The position numbers and the translations under genes are program-made. A stretch of 64,000 bases of DNA from Octopus bimaculoides. Its lineage: Eukaryota. This document shows, piece after piece, positions 62,850 through 64,000 of the stretch; position 1 is the stretch's first letter; each line of letters opens with the position of its first letter. Location: NCBI RefSeq assembly GCF_001194135.2, contig NC_068982.1:123562690-123626689 (forward strand). Direction: 5' to 3'. The notes beneath the pieces are model-generated. The model ran no database searches. It was not told the DNA's origin and saw only the letters and a list, made by a program, of their open reading frames with translations.

Positions 62850-63950
62850 CTTTTTTTTGCTGTCCCTGATGGTTTCACACTTTTCTCCAGTCTCCATTTC
62901 CTCGCTATATCACCATTAAACAATGGGGATGGAATTATTATTTGGAGACTCTGGCTGTCTCCATGCTAGAGGATGAGAATTCTGATTTTCTTGGTTCCAC
63001 AACTCATCTTCTTGGTTCCTTGTGGCAACCCCAGATTTTTGATGACTCAAGATCCAAAAATACAAGGGAGATGAGAGAGAACATTCTTGTCTGACTGAGT
63101 ATGTGATTCATAATGGTTCTGATGAATGGGCATGTAGTTTGACTTTGACCACCTGGTAGATACTATTATATACTAAAGTGATCCAGCATTTGAAAATAGG
63201 AGTGAAACCAGGCGAATAAAGGACTGCTGCCAAATACCGATGATTGATCTTATCAAATGCTTTGAAGTGATCCAAATGAATCATGGAAACCAGATTTATT
63301 ATTCACAATGTATTGCATGAAGTGGAGGTTATGAATAGATCTACCAGAAATCATGCTCATATGTGTACTTCTGACCACACTACCGACAACAAGATTCCGC
63401 TTCTTTGCGAGCACCTTGGTCAAAATCATGAAATCTGCATTATTCAGTGGAAATTGTCAATGACCCCTCCCCTTGTGTGTCCTTCCTTTTCTCGGAGAAC
63501 AAAACTGGAAATGCTACCAGTCTATTGCCAGCTGTGATAGATGTCTGCCAAGAAAGCTGGTGTAAAGATCATAGATCAGACCATCCAAATCAAGAGATTT
63601 TTCCCATCACACAGTCACTTGTGGACCATACTTCAGTTGCTGATATCAGTGTTTAACAGCACTTTGCCATTTCTGCTGGAAACTGCAGTGGATCATCAAA
63701 TCAATGTACTAAAGTTCACTACTTCCACTCCACCACTACCCTAAAAACAGCTGAGCAAAGTGCTCCTATAAAACCATACACATCTATCTGGAATCAACTA
63801 GCACACATTCACCATAGTCTATCAAAGACCTAATTGTGGTTTTACTACCATGCCACATCTCTGCTACCCAGCCCCATTGAATGGCTCTTGTGTCCTTGTC
63901 TCTAAAAGCATGTTTGTCTGTTTTGACAATGCAACCTATGGGTTTCAAGT
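62850..63950 (-). mobile_element. Decayed L1/Tx1-clade LINE ORF2 (RT) fragment
   Basis: Minus-strand pieces GKSLDLDGLIYDLY, VIDNF..NADFMILTKVLAK, GRSIHNLHFM, LDHFKAFDKINHRYLAAVL and SVRQECSLS, with frameshifts and stops. Confidence 0.85.
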
Positions 63951-64000
63951 TGAAGAAATTATTGAATACATTTTTTTTGGCTACAGATACACTGGTTGTG

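Overview
Eukaryotic, AT-rich, repeat-dense genomic DNA. The SINE/RTE repeat families and microsatellite load look like an octopus (coleoid cephalopod) genome; this is recognition-based inference. There are no prokaryotic features such as CRISPR, operons or rRNA. One protein-coding gene is well supported: an 11-coding-exon + strand BTB-BACK-6xKelch gene (30889-48826, 701 aa, all GT-AG junctions in frame), the IVNS1ABP/NS1-BP (KLHL39) orthologue. Upstream lies a ~9 kb CpG-rich domain (~14.9-23.7 kb) that probably holds the promoter. The rest is tRNA-derived SINEs, RTE, L1/Tx1 and CR1/L2-like LINE debris, several MITE families (TA, TTAA and 8-9 bp TSDs), a 1.1 kb foldback palindrome, a Penelope-like pLTR remnant, microsatellites and assembly gaps. 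Best leads: a His codon at the conserved Kelch Arg position that one A-to-I edit would restore; a decayed hammerhead ribozyme in the Penelope-like repeat; nested GG..CC foldback MITEs with telomere-like cores; a pre-miRNA-like intronic hairpin; a 4-nt microexon or recursive splice site before a GC-anomalous exon; and a 100-codon in-frame open intron that could give a Kelch-less isoform.
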